A stretch of 64,000 nt of DNA from Candidatus Yanofskybacteria bacterium RIFCSPLOWO2_01_FULL_42_49 (GCA_001795615.1 MGKI01000004.1:22324-86323); one strand, 5' to 3'. Counted from the stretch's first letter, positions 1-9,873 are shown. A program made the numbers and translations. Notes: generated by a model not told the origin, from the sequence alone.

Positions 1-423
1 AATGCCAACTGGTAGCCATTGCTTAACTTCCAAATCGTCCTTATGTATCCGTTTTCTCTTTCGCTTTTCAGTGGCCCAGATTTGTTTGCTTTCCATATTC
101 CATGTTCCATATTCCATGTTCCATACAACAAATGTCCCGATATTTTTTGGTGAATAAAAATACTATATTTACCTTCGATATCTATAATGATAAATTTCGC
201 TCTCCGCTTAACATCTAAAATTTTCTTGTTCTTAATAACTTTTTTAATTAAGGGCCAGCTTGCCCCGCGACCAATGTGAGTTGGTTTTGCGGGGTCGGTC
301 CAGACATCCTTGAACCTCAAACCAACCAGCTTTTTGCGCAAGTCCCGGACTGTTGTTTCTACTTCTGGTAGTTCAGGCAATTTAGCGACTAGCGACTAGC
401 CAATAGCCACTAGGATTAGTGAT

Positions 424-990
424 TTAATTTAATTCAGAATTTACTTTCTTTAGAAAGAAAAAATACTCTTTGTTTTTTCCTTTTCCGCCAAGCAAAGGCG
501 ACTCTGTTTCTTTCAGCACTTCGACTCCGGTTTCCAGCAACTTGCTACGAACACCGCTTAAAACCTCCGGCATAAAGTCTTCCTGCAATTTACCCTTACG
601 CAACATCCCGGGTTCGGATTCATAATGAGGCTTTACTAATGCCAGTATATACCCTTCCGGCTTAATATTCTCTAAAGCATTTGGAACCACTTTATCTAAC
701 TTGGTCCACCCTGTATCTACCGTAATGAGGTCGACTTTCTCGGGCAACTCCACATGCATGGCATTCTTTTTCTCCATTACGACTACTCTCTTGTTCTGTC
801 TCAATTTATAATCCAATACCCCATAACCGGTATCTACCGCATAAACCTTGGCGGCCCCATTTTGAAGCAAACAGTCAACAAAACCGCCGGTGCTTGAACC
901 AAAATCAGCACAAATTAAATTGGCAACATTAATTTTAAATTCTTTTAACGCATACTCCAATTTTTCACCAGCTCTTGAAACATAGCTCAT
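424..990 (-). CDS. tlyA: TlyA-like rRNA 2'-O-ribose methyltransferase (FtsJ fold); the ORF extends to 1017 but the ATG at 990 avoids overlap with polA
   Basis: Translation carries an FtsJ/TlyA SAM-binding block (DFGSSTGGF...VYAVDTGYG); no S4 domain. Confidence 0.7.
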   Translation of the reverse strand: MSYVSRAGEKLEYALKEFKINVANLICADFGSSTGGFVDCLLQNGAAKVYAVDTGYGVLDYKLRQNKRVVVMEKKNAMHVELPEKVDLITVDTGWTKLDKVVPNALENIKPEGYILALVKPHYESEPGMLRKGKLQEDFMPEVLSGVRSKLLETGVEVLKETESPLLGGKGKNKEYFFFLKKVNSELN

Positions 991-3695
991 ATCTTTAACT
1001 CGTCCATCTCCGCCCAATTGTGTCCGCTCTTAACATCTACAACCAGCGGCACATCGAGTTTGTAAACATTCTCCATAATATCCTTTATTTTGTCCGCTAT
1101 GTTTTTAACCGAGTTTTCTTTTACTTCAAAAAGGAGTTCATCGTGGACTTGAAGCAGTAAAAATACTTTGTCTTGCTTGCCTGAATTATGTGTATATTCA
1201 AAGGCTTTTATCATTGCCAGTTTCACCAAATCAGCGGCAGTACCCTGAATGGGCATATTTATAGCCATGCGCTCGGCCTGGCTTACAATCTGTGGCATAC
1301 TTGACCTTATCTCGGGGAACCATCTCCTTCTGCCAAAGACCGTTGAAACATAACCGTCCTTGCGGGCTTTCATTTTCATATCGTCCATGTATCTGGCGAT
1401 CCCGGAAAACTCTTTCAGATACTTGTCGATAAATTCTCTCGCCCGCTCACGGGAAACACCGGAAGCTCTCTGAAAGCCGAGAATTCCCATTCCGTACAAA
1501 ATGCCGAAATTCATAACTTTTGCGTCACGACGCATGTTTTTATCAACCATCTCCGGTTTAACACCGAAAATTTCCGCCGCTGTGCGTGTATGAATATCCT
1601 CTCCCCTCCTAAATGCCGCCATCATTTTCTCGTCTTGGGAAATATGGGCCGCTATTCTCAACTCAAGCTGGGAATAATCAAAAGACACCAGTTTGTACCC
1701 AGGAGAGGCAATGAATGCTTTCCTAAATTCCTGCCCAAGTTCCGTGCGTATTGGTATGTTCTGGAGGTTAGGGTCCTGGCTGGCAAGCCGGCCGGTCGTA
1801 GTGCCTGTTTGGTTAAATGTAGTATGCAACCGTCCGGTTGTCTTGCTTATTAAACTCGGGAACGGATCTATGTAGGTCGTTTTTAATTTCTGAACTTCTC
1901 TATATCTTAATATCTTCTCTATTACCGGATGTTCGTCAACCAGCTTTTCCAGCTCGCCCGCAGCTGTGGAGAGAGCCCCTTTGGCTGTTTTTCTTACTTT
2001 GCCCTTTAGGTTAAGTCCGGTAGGTGCCGGACCAAAAAGCACCTCTTTTAACTGTTTCGGAGAGTTAATGTTAAATTCCGTGCCGGCTAGTTTGTATATA
2101 TCTTTTTCCAGACCGCTTATCTCGACGGCCACCAATTTAGACAACCTTGCTATCGCTTTGGAATCAATCAAAATTCCCCGCAATTCCATTTCCGCTAGAA
2201 TTCTTGCTGTTGGAGCCTCTATATTCTCAAAAAGCCATTCCAATTTTTCTTTTTTTAGCCGTTCGGATTGTCTTTCTTTTAACTTACCCACAAAAACAGG
2301 GACCTCTCTGGTGTTTTGGCTAATACTTTCTTGAAATTCATCAAAATATATTTTTTCCAGACTGTAATCTTTGCGGTCTGAATTTAAAAGATAGGCCGCA
2401 AGCTTGGTGTCAAATCCCGCACGGCCCAGCTCAATTCCGAAACTTAACAAGAGCTTGGCCGACCCCTTGAGATCGTGACCGATTTTAAAAACCCCGTCTC
2501 CCTCAAAAATATCTTTGGCAGTTTTAAACAGGTCTTTGTCTTCCACAATCATGGGCCAAACTGCGCTAAAACATCTTTTTTCAACGCAAAAATCAAAAAA
2601 TTCACTGCTTAAATTAAATGAAAATTCTCTCGCCTCTTTTATCTCATTGAAAGCCCCGGCAACATCTTTCTTTTTTCTCAACTCTTTAACGCCGGCGGAA
2701 GTTTCCGTTTTGACGGTTTCCGGTAACACCATCTGCCCCTGACTGAAAATACTGATTTCATCAAGCCTCTTGATCAAACTATAAAGTCCTAATTCTTTAA
2801 ATAACTTCTCTATTTCTGTCCTGTTTAAATTTTTAAGCCAGTCCGCTTTATCCAGACTAAAATCAATGTCTACATCCCTTATAATGGTGGCCAATTTTTT
2901 TGAAAAAAATGCCATGTCTTTGTTTTCAAGCAGTTTTTGAATTAATTTCTCTGAAAGTGGCGGTTTAATTTGGATTTTATTTTTTTTGAGATTTGTATTT
3001 TGAGATTGTTTAGAGATTAGGGTTTCGAGATTAGAGATTTCCTCATACAAAAATTCAAGGGTCTTGAATTTTTGTATGAGAGCTGCCGCCGTCTTCTCCC
3101 CCACTCCCGGAACCCCCGGTATATTATCTGACGGGTCGCCCTTGAGACCCTTAAAATCATTGAGTTGCTCCGGCTTTAAGCCATATCTTTTGAACACTTC
3201 GTTCTCGTCGTAAATGACCGTATCTGTGACACCTTTTCTCAACGTAAAAACAACCACCTTGTCTCCATCAACCAGCTGAAGAGTGTCCAGATCGCCGGTC
3301 ATTATTATTGTTTGGATATCTTTATCTTCTTTTGACCTCTCTGCCAAGGAACCTATCAAATCATCCGCTTCAAAACCGGGCTTTTCATAAATAGGAATAC
3401 CGAATGCCATCAGTATCTCTTTAATCAGCGGAGTCTGGGCATGAAGTTCGTCGGGAGCTTTCTCCCTGTGAGCCTTATACTCAGCAAACTCTTCGTGTCG
3501 GAATGTCGGCGCCGCCAAATCAAATGTCGCCGCAATATAGTCCGGCTTTATGTCCTTTATCATTTTGAGGAGAACAGCGGTGAAGCCGAAAACTGCGTTC
3601 GTCGGAACGCCCTTGGGAGAACTTAGCGTCGGCGGCAGAGCGTGAAAAGCTCTGTGGACTAACGCGTGACCGTCAATCAATACTAATTTTTTCAT
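987..3695 (-). CDS. polA: DNA polymerase I
   Basis: 902 aa; N-terminal 5'-3' exonuclease (LVLIDGHALVHRAFHA), polymerase motifs RRDAKVMNFGILYGMG and QVHDELLFE. Confidence 0.92.
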   Translation of the reverse strand: MKKLVLIDGHALVHRAFHALPPTLSSPKGVPTNAVFGFTAVLLKMIKDIKPDYIAATFDLAAPTFRHEEFAEYKAHREKAPDELHAQTPLIKEILMAFGIPIYEKPGFEADDLIGSLAERSKEDKDIQTIIMTGDLDTLQLVDGDKVVVFTLRKGVTDTVIYDENEVFKRYGLKPEQLNDFKGLKGDPSDNIPGVPGVGEKTAAALIQKFKTLEFLYEEISNLETLISKQSQNTNLKKNKIQIKPPLSEKLIQKLLENKDMAFFSKKLATIIRDVDIDFSLDKADWLKNLNRTEIEKLFKELGLYSLIKRLDEISIFSQGQMVLPETVKTETSAGVKELRKKKDVAGAFNEIKEAREFSFNLSSEFFDFCVEKRCFSAVWPMIVEDKDLFKTAKDIFEGDGVFKIGHDLKGSAKLLLSFGIELGRAGFDTKLAAYLLNSDRKDYSLEKIYFDEFQESISQNTREVPVFVGKLKERQSERLKKEKLEWLFENIEAPTARILAEMELRGILIDSKAIARLSKLVAVEISGLEKDIYKLAGTEFNINSPKQLKEVLFGPAPTGLNLKGKVRKTAKGALSTAAGELEKLVDEHPVIEKILRYREVQKLKTTYIDPFPSLISKTTGRLHTTFNQTGTTTGRLASQDPNLQNIPIRTELGQEFRKAFIASPGYKLVSFDYSQLELRIAAHISQDEKMMAAFRRGEDIHTRTAAEIFGVKPEMVDKNMRRDAKVMNFGILYGMGILGFQRASGVSRERAREFIDKYLKEFSGIARYMDDMKMKARKDGYVSTVFGRRRWFPEIRSSMPQIVSQAERMAINMPIQGTAADLVKLAMIKAFEYTHNSGKQDKVFLLLQVHDELLFEVKENSVKNIADKIKDIMENVYKLDVPLVVDVKSGHNWAEMDELKI

Positions 3696-4627
3696 TACAA
3701 TTTTAAAATTTCGTCATTAAATGCTGACCTAATATAAATTTCGCCATTCCCGTGAGTGACTTTCCCAATAACACAGGCATTATTTACGCGGGAAAGAACT
3801 TTAGAGACCTCTTGTTCAGGGACAGAAAGAACAAATCCTATGCCACAGTTGAATGTAGAATACATCACCTTATTTGAAAATATTTTTTTATATATGTCTT
3901 TAAATATTCCCTGGGGTTGCAACTTTTTAGGATGTTCAATAACCGCGTCAGCCTTGTACAAAATATCTTTCAACTTGGTAAATGCTCCGCCGGTTATGTG
4001 CATCATGCCGTGGACATCGCATTTTTCTGTCAATTTCAAAATATCGTACAAATAAATGCGTGTCGGCACTGTAAATTCTTTTCTGTACTCTTTGCCAAAA
4101 ACTTGCCTGACTTTCGTCATGCCGTTTGAATGCAAGCCGTTACTCCTTAACCCAATAAGAACATCCCCAACTTGAAACCTGTTTCTTGCTGGATTTTTGA
4201 TAAATCCGGAAACAGTCATACTGATATCAAGTCCGTCCGTGTTGTCGTGGAATGAATTTTCTCCCCCAACCATAGCTATTTTATACTTCTTGCACTCTCG
4301 CGCTATAGCCTGCACTATTTTCAAAATACGCTCATCTTCCACGGGAACTGTAATATGATTTGAGAGCTTATATGGAAAAGCTCTCACAGTGGCTAAATCG
4401 TTAAGGTTCATTGCGAGAGCATCAATAGCCGCCGCTTTAAATGTTTCTCTCTGCCAATGGTAAAAGCCTTTTGTGCCTATGCCGTCCGTATGGTCAACTT
4501 CAAGACAGGAAATTTTGCTTTTGAATATGGGGTAGGTATTAAACTTAATGCTTAAACATGGAGAATTCCAAGTCTTTCGTATCTCGTTAATAATTTTCTG
4601 TTTGTACGGCTTTGACGGTTTATACAT
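3695..4627 (-). CDS. AIR synthase-related protein (PurM-like)
   Basis: Motifs DGIGTKG, VGGENSF, SNGLHSNG typical of the PurM/ThiL/HypE superfamily. Confidence 0.55.
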   Translation of the reverse strand: MYKPSKPYKQKIINEIRKTWNSPCLSIKFNTYPIFKSKISCLEVDHTDGIGTKGFYHWQRETFKAAAIDALAMNLNDLATVRAFPYKLSNHITVPVEDERILKIVQAIARECKKYKIAMVGGENSFHDNTDGLDISMTVSGFIKNPARNRFQVGDVLIGLRSNGLHSNGMTKVRQVFGKEYRKEFTVPTRIYLYDILKLTEKCDVHGMMHITGGAFTKLKDILYKADAVIEHPKKLQPQGIFKDIYKKIFSNKVMYSTFNCGIGFVLSVPEQEVSKVLSRVNNACVIGKVTHGNGEIYIRSAFNDEILKL

Positions 4628-4628
4628 G

Positions 4629-5093
4629 TTAAACTCTTTCCCAACTTATTTTTCGCTTGCTTTCGGAAACATGATCAATATGAACTTTTATTAGTTTTTT
4701 GGGCAAGATCTTACTCACTCTTTCCGGCCACTCGATTAAAATAATACTACGCGACTCGTTGAATATAGTTTTCAGGTCAAGAGTTATGAGATCTCTATGG
4801 TCTCTGACGCGGTAGCAATCGAGGTGATATAAACAGGTTTTAGGTTTTAGGTTATAGGTTATAGGCAAAATTGGATATTTTTTCATCAAAACAAATGTTG
4901 GACTTTTTATTTTTGCTTTAATCCCCAGTGCCTTGGCAAAACCTTTGACAAAAGTCGTCTTCCCCGCCCCCAACTTCCCTTCAAGTGTGATAACACTCGC
5001 CCTGAGCCGAGTCGAAGGGTTTTTCATTATTTTAAGCGCCAAATCCCCGGCAATTTTTTGCGTCTCTTTTTCGCTTTTAGATAGATAAATCAC
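4629..5093 (-). CDS. tsaE: tRNA threonylcarbamoyladenosine biosynthesis ATPase TsaE (YjeE)
   Basis: P-loop GKLGAGKTTFVKG, then SPTF..YHLDxYR. Confidence 0.8.
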   Translation of the reverse strand: MIYLSKSEKETQKIAGDLALKIMKNPSTRLRASVITLEGKLGAGKTTFVKGFAKALGIKAKIKSPTFVLMKKYPILPITYNLKPKTCLYHLDCYRVRDHRDLITLDLKTIFNESRSIILIEWPERVSKILPKKLIKVHIDHVSESKRKISWERV

Positions 5094-5204
5094 TGTTAAA
5101 TAGTATCGTTTTTAAACTCTTTTTACAATTAAAGAACCGCATTCGCTGGATGTCCGTCGGGAGACGGACCGCGAATGCGGTTTGGACTGTTTAAGCCCTA
5201 TGGA

Positions 5205-5657
5205 CTAGTTGCACCGGCCGGCCGGTGCTTCGTGGAGTACCACAATGGAGTGGTACTCACAGTCATCGCGGGTTGGGAACCCACGGGACTGCCAGCCGGG
5301 CACCGGCGGTTGGACTGGAGTCGGCTGCTGGACCACCGGCGCCGGCGTTGCCGCCGGTACGATTGCAGCCGGTGCCGTCGGTGAAACCACTGGTGAACCT
5401 GCAAAACCGCCACCGAGCCAGACCCCAAGCACCACCATACCGACAAGCACAGAGATACTTCCGATGATGAACCCGACGAGCTTGACACGAGCCCACAGTG
5501 GGTCCTGTGCTACCTGCCTCAACAGCAACGGCTCAGAGAGCCGCCGCAATTCAAAATTCATCTCGCCCGGCCGGGGTGGCCGAGACGGTGTCGGTGTGGG
5601 CGGCGCCGGTGTTACCGGCGCCGCCGGAGTTGTTGGTGTTGCCATCGTTACCTCCAT
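5205..5657 (-). CDS. Hypothetical proline-rich membrane protein, inside the high-GC island
   Basis: 150-aa ORF with Pro/Thr/Ala-rich termini and a central TM segment. GC-rich DNA gives many spurious overlapping ORFs, so this call is tentative. Confidence 0.35.
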   Translation of the reverse strand: MEVTMATPTTPAAPVTPAPPTPTPSRPPRPGEMNFELRRLSEPLLLRQVAQDPLWARVKLVGFIIGSISVLVGMVVLGVWLGGGFAGSPVVSPTAPAAIVPAATPAPVVQQPTPVQPPVPGWQSRGFPTRDDCEYHSIVVLHEAPAGRCN

Positions 5658-6418
5658 ACCAGGACGAGACCGTCCCGGCCTTCGGGCTTTGTACGGACTG
5701 TATCCGCCGTGCCCGAGAAACCGTCAACTACCATGGAGAGCACCTCGGCCTCGTAGGAAGCGCGGGGATCCCCACATTCCGACTGACGAGGAAGAAGATC
5801 CACATACCAGGTTCCGTTCTGGTACACTTGCACGGGATTCCTGCCCTCGTTCTTGAGGGTAGCCATCCCCTGTTCTAAACAGCCGCGATGGCTGCCGAAC
5901 AAGGAACCGCCACTATTCGCCTGTTCACGCAGACGCGGATTCCAGCCGTTCTCACGGCCGGGACCGGACGACACCTGCGCCGTCTGCGGCATCGGTGGAA
6001 TCTGATCGGGCAAATCCACGACTACTTCCTTATCGTCGTCGTCACCCCTTTTGCTGAATGCCCAGGCAAGAAGTCCAGGGGCAGCACCAATACCGGCACC
6101 AATCGCGGTACCTTTCCAACCGTGGCCAGTCATGGCACCAATTGTAGCCCCGATCTCGGCCCCGGCAATCGCAATCCGAACCGGGCGAGAAAGCCGGCGA
6201 CCGAAGCGGTCATACATCCCGTAGAACTGACCTCCTCGAGTATAGCCGTACATGTCGCCATACCACATCCAGCGATCCACCATGTTCAGGTTGGACTGCA
6301 GGAGCTGGTCTGCCGGACCGTACTGGCCGGCGAAGATCTGCGCATTGGCCGGCGTGACGCCGGCAAGAAGCGCGAACACGAACGCGAGAGCGATGAACAA
6401 CGTCTTTTTCATTCTCAT
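5648..6418 (-). CDS. Secreted glycine-zipper protein, inside the high-GC island
   Basis: Signal peptide MRMKKTLFIALAFVFALLAGVTPANA and Gly-zipper AIAGAEIGATIGAMTGHGWKGTAIGAGIGAAPG; RBS GGAAGGA upstream of MRM. Confidence 0.5.
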   Translation of the reverse strand: MRMKKTLFIALAFVFALLAGVTPANAQIFAGQYGPADQLLQSNLNMVDRWMWYGDMYGYTRGGQFYGMYDRFGRRLSRPVRIAIAGAEIGATIGAMTGHGWKGTAIGAGIGAAPGLLAWAFSKRGDDDDKEVVVDLPDQIPPMPQTAQVSSGPGRENGWNPRLREQANSGGSLFGSHRGCLEQGMATLKNEGRNPVQVYQNGTWYVDLLPRQSECGDPRASYEAEVLSMVVDGFSGTADTVRTKPEGRDGLVLVWR

Positions 6419-6549
6419 TGTCTTTTCCTTCCTGCCCCCACATTGCGAGAGCATCGTTGTCAACGAAACTGATTATGCTTATATTATATCATGTCGTATT
6501 AAAAAAGTAAAGACCCCACAAAATGCGGGGCTTGGGCTGTTAATCCCTT

Positions 6550-6927
6550 TTACTTTAAAGTAAACAACCAGCCATAATGCTGGCCATCGCGAGTTTTCGC
6601 TCGCTCACTCTTTAGTTTCTTGACCTTGACACCGCTATTCGTCGGCACATTCGTTCTCGCCTCAACTTTGGTACTTCTGGCAACATAAAACGATATCCAA
6701 CGAAACGAAAAAGGCGGAACGGTCACATCAGTTACTTTGCCATCTACCCACACAAGCGCCGTACTTGGCGAATAGTTCGCAAGGAAATACTGATCTGACA
6801 CGAACGGCAGATTCAGCTCGGACAATGGCTTGGGATCCGACACAGACCACTCAACCGGCTGAGCATTTGCCGAAACGACGAATAACACCACAAAAATCAT
6901 TGAAAGAACTGCTGTCCTTGTTCTCAT
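6550..6927 (-). CDS. Small secreted protein
   Basis: Signal peptide MRTRTAVLSMIFVVLFVVSANA; RBS AAGGAGAG 6 nt upstream of the ATG. Confidence 0.45.
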   Translation of the reverse strand: MRTRTAVLSMIFVVLFVVSANAQPVEWSVSDPKPLSELNLPFVSDQYFLANYSPSTALVWVDGKVTDVTVPPFSFRWISFYVARSTKVEARTNVPTNSGVKVKKLKSERAKTRDGQHYGWLFTLK

Positions 6928-7011
6928 GAAACTCTCCTTGGCCTTGGCCAGTTTAACTGGCTTTGGCAAGCATGGGGATTATAAACAACCGTCTAAAACT
7001 GTCAAGCTTAC

Positions 7012-7386
7012 TTAAACCCCGACATTCTTGAAGTGCGTTATTTTTGCCACTCCCCTATCTTTGTTTAATTCAATCGCGATTATGTCTATCTGCCATGACC
7101 GATTGTCGAGATTATTTTGCTGGATGTATGTTTGGGCGGCGCGTTTTATTCTTTTTATTTTGTTGTCATTTACGCGCTTTTCCGGCTCAAAGCCCTTTGG
7201 AGCCGGACTGTCGCTGGCTTTAACCTCAACGAAAATAATTATTCCCTCCTTCTCGGCAATAATGTCTACTTCGCCCCAAGGTTTGCGATAGTTCCTACCG
7301 AGAATCTTATATCCCCTCTTCTTCAGAAATTCTTCCGCCAAACCCTCGGCAAAACTTCCAAAGTCAATGTAGTTGTGGTTTTTCAT
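7012..7386 (-). CDS. yraN: YraN family endonuclease (UPF0102)
   Basis: GEVDIIAEKEGIIIFVEVKA core typical of YraN/Holliday-junction-resolvase-like proteins. Confidence 0.75.
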   Translation of the reverse strand: MKNHNYIDFGSFAEGLAEEFLKKRGYKILGRNYRKPWGEVDIIAEKEGIIIFVEVKASDSPAPKGFEPEKRVNDNKIKRIKRAAQTYIQQNNLDNRSWQIDIIAIELNKDRGVAKITHFKNVGV

Positions 7387-7399
7387 TTTATTTATTTAT

Positions 7400-7640
7400 C
7401 GCATAGTCATTGTAATCTCTCAACCCCCTTTTTCTCAATCCTCGCTTCAAGACAAGTTCTTCTCAGACACGCCTCCAGTTCCCCTGCGAGGAACCTCGGC
7501 TACTTTCGCCCGACTTTTTCTTCGGCGGTGAAACGATCATACCGCCTCTGACCATGCAAAAAGTCGGGTCTCTAGTGTCTTTGAAGAACCTGCCTTGAAG
7601 CTCGTATGTACAAAGAAAGTGGTAAAAGAGAAACAAGAGG
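7400..7640 (-). repeat. Partial copy (C) of the mosaic intergenic element family; matches the middle and 3' half of copy A
   Basis: The reverse complement of 7440-7590 aligns at about 80% to 10850-10975, including gacactagagacccgac, gggcgaaagtagccgagg and ggaggcgtgtc. Confidence 0.6.
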
Positions 7641-7756
7641 ACCGCTTTAGATGTTTCCATTCCAAGCTATTGAACCATGACATGCTCTTGCGTTTTATTT
7701 GGTTTTGGTGTAATATATGTTGAATCAGTAGGCACATACAGGATAGGAGGAGCCCG

Positions 7757-7942
7757 ATGTTTGAAAATCATGCCAGCCGAGTAGCGACCCTCATTACTGA
7801 AGAAATAAAGAAAATGAGCACTGATGAGTTGCTCGCAGCTCTTGAAGATCTGCATCTTCAGTGGGATGACTATGGACTTTGTTTTGATGTTGAGAGCTAT
7901 GATCGAGAGCTCAAGGCAGAGAAATCCAGAAGAGAGCTTTAG
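7757..7942 (+). CDS. Small hypothetical protein (61 aa)
   Basis: Strong RBS AGGAGG 7 nt upstream of the ATG, inside a 1.2-kb gene-poor stretch. Confidence 0.35.
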   Translation: MFENHASRVATLITEEIKKMSTDELLAALEDLHLQWDDYGLCFDVESYDRELKAEKSRREL

Positions 7943-8327
7943 TCCCCATCATTTGCCGGTTAATCCCGGCTTTTTAAATATTCAAGGCCATATTAAACTC
8001 AAACTCCAAAGAATTTTTTAAGAAATACCCCTAAATTTTGCCCAACAAAGTTTTCCCAATAGCGACACTTGACATTCATGCCCTGTTAGGGCTTGTACGA
8101 GATATGTTAAGATCCGATGGACTGGAACATGGGCCTCGGAGGCTGTCTGTGGCACTGAATTGCTAGATCTGAGAAAGGACCAGCAATATCTCACAATTTT
8201 AATTTCAACTATCGAGGGGGGTAACGCTTCTGTCGACGAAATCAAGAATTATGCCGATTCGATACGACAGGCCCAAGATAGACGCCTGAATCGTTCATTA
8301 GAGTAAAAACGCTTTTGCTATGCCGTT

Positions 8328-8347
8328 GCCCGCCTTGCGGGCTTTTT
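8328..8347 (+). terminator. Rho-independent terminator
   Basis: GCCCGC-ctt-GCGGGC followed by TTTTT. Confidence 0.55.
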
Positions 8348-8562
8348 GATACTCCTGTGGACACTGCGGGTTGCTAAATTTGACTTAAAATGCTAACCTT
8401 GAGAGGTAATCCTCGTGCAAGAGGATTTTGATGTTTTAGGCTTGAAATAGCTCTTTTCGGCTGAAATTCTCAGTTTTAAATTTAAAAACCATTAGTACTT
8501 ACCTCAAAAAACTGGGGAAAATACTCAAACTAAAAGACTTAACCAATAGCCCCGGTTTTCAT

Positions 8563-9606
8563 TTGTATGGAACTATCGTTTTAGCTGTTACGATACTAAT
8601 AATCAAGGGTTCCGGCGGTGACGGACAAACAACTCTTTTTAATACTTTTGTTAAGAGATATATCGAAGAAACTTCGGCTTCAATCCTTTCGTCAAACAGG
8701 CCGAATACTAGCGGCTATTTGGCTGATATAAGCGGCCTAACGGCCTGGGAAAACGGATCTGCGGCAATGGCAAAGCCAGGACAAGGAGGACCGGAACCAA
8801 GCCTAGAACCAACCACAATACAAGATAATTCGGTGTTTTCTCACAATCCCGCCGCAACAGATTATATAGAAAAAACAGCCGATAAGAGAGTTCAGGTTGT
8901 TGAATACACTGTTCAACCGGGAGACAAGTTATCATTTATAGCGCTCGACTACGGGGTAAGCATAGAATCAATAATGTGGGCCAACAACTTGAGAGATTCC
9001 GACAGTATCAGACCGGAACAAGTATTAAAAATACCCCCTATTTCGGGGATAATTCACATAGTTAAAAAGGGGGACACGGTTGGTTCAATAGCTAAGAAAT
9101 ACGGCGTAGAAGTAGAAAATGTGGTTGCCTACAATGGTTTGCCACAAGACGGACAACTTCAAATTGACGACGAGATCATTGTGCCAGACGGAAAGATCAA
9201 GGGTTCATCCGGCATAGCGACTACAAGAACATCTCCCTTTTCCCATCTTCCAAGTTTGGGTGATTATTTCCTTATTCCTACGACTGGCTACAACTGGGGT
9301 CGGATTCATGGTAGAAACGGTGTTGACATTGCCAATTCTTGCGGTACAAACATTTTTGCGGCAGCCAACGGCAGTGTTGCCACATCAGATGCTGTCGGAT
9401 GGAACGGCGGTTTTGGTAAATACATAAAATTAATACATCCCAACGGAACAGAAACCCTATACGCCCACAACAGCAAACTGCTGGTTGGCGTTGGAGAAAC
9501 CGTCTCAAGGGGCCAATTGATAGCTTCAATGGGCTCAACCGGCCGTTCAACCGGCTGTCACCTCCATTTTGAAGTTCACGGAGCCAGGAATCCTCTGGTT
9601 AAGTAA
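8563..9606 (+). CDS. LysM-domain M23 family metallopeptidase
   Basis: Two LysM repeats (YTVQPGDKLSFIA.., HIVKKGDTVGSIAKKYGV) and an M23 core (HGRNGVDIA...GSTGRSTGCHLHFEV). Confidence 0.85.
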   Translation: MYGTIVLAVTILIIKGSGGDGQTTLFNTFVKRYIEETSASILSSNRPNTSGYLADISGLTAWENGSAAMAKPGQGGPEPSLEPTTIQDNSVFSHNPAATDYIEKTADKRVQVVEYTVQPGDKLSFIALDYGVSIESIMWANNLRDSDSIRPEQVLKIPPISGIIHIVKKGDTVGSIAKKYGVEVENVVAYNGLPQDGQLQIDDEIIVPDGKIKGSSGIATTRTSPFSHLPSLGDYFLIPTTGYNWGRIHGRNGVDIANSCGTNIFAAANGSVATSDAVGWNGGFGKYIKLIHPNGTETLYAHNSKLLVGVGETVSRGQLIASMGSTGRSTGCHLHFEVHGARNPLVK

Positions 9607-9680
9607 TGTTTTGACAAAAACAATGTATTGACATAATTTATAGCAGTATTAAGTATCCCAATTAACAAGCGGGAGGGGAA

Positions 9681-9869
9681 GTGAAATTTGACGACTTACC
9701 CAAGGAAATAAAGGAATTTAAAGACAAGTTCGGAGAACCAGAGTTGCTTCGTTTTTGGAGTCAACCGATGATTCACACTGGGGGATTCAGCCCGGCCCAA
9801 CTCTGTGAAAAAGGCGATAAAACCAAGATACAGGAAATAGTAACCCTACTGAATCACTATTTATCATAA
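9681..9869 (+). CDS. Small hypothetical protein (GTG start)
   Basis: RBS GGGAGGGG upstream; a strong terminator lies immediately downstream. Confidence 0.4.
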   Translation: MKFDDLPKEIKEFKDKFGEPELLRFWSQPMIHTGGFSPAQLCEKGDKTKIQEIVTLLNHYLS

Positions 9870-9873
9870 CAAA

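Noticed and set aside
1590-2742. Small + strand ORFs inside polA (1590..1853, 1693..1875, 1966..2334, 2515..2742) and similar antisense ORFs inside pnp, infB, ligA, gatA, pilB and uvrD
   Set aside because: They are fully embedded antisense to long, well-supported genes, lack RBSs and have low-complexity composition. They are regarded as spurious.
5175-6563. Multiple overlapping ORFs on both strands in the GC-rich island (5175..5384, 5198..5488, 5209..5856, 5225..5467, 5263..5496, 5498..5878, 5888..6472, 6210..6443, 6252..6563)
   Set aside because: High GC suppresses stop codons and gives long spurious frames. Only the co-oriented - strand ORFs with signal peptides and RBSs were kept, and even 5205..5657 is tentative.
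8040-8347. Candidate ncRNA (6S, SRP or tmRNA) ending at terminator 8328-8347
   Set aside because: No family-specific motif was recognised by eye. Only the terminator is reported; the region is flagged as part of the gene-poor stretch.
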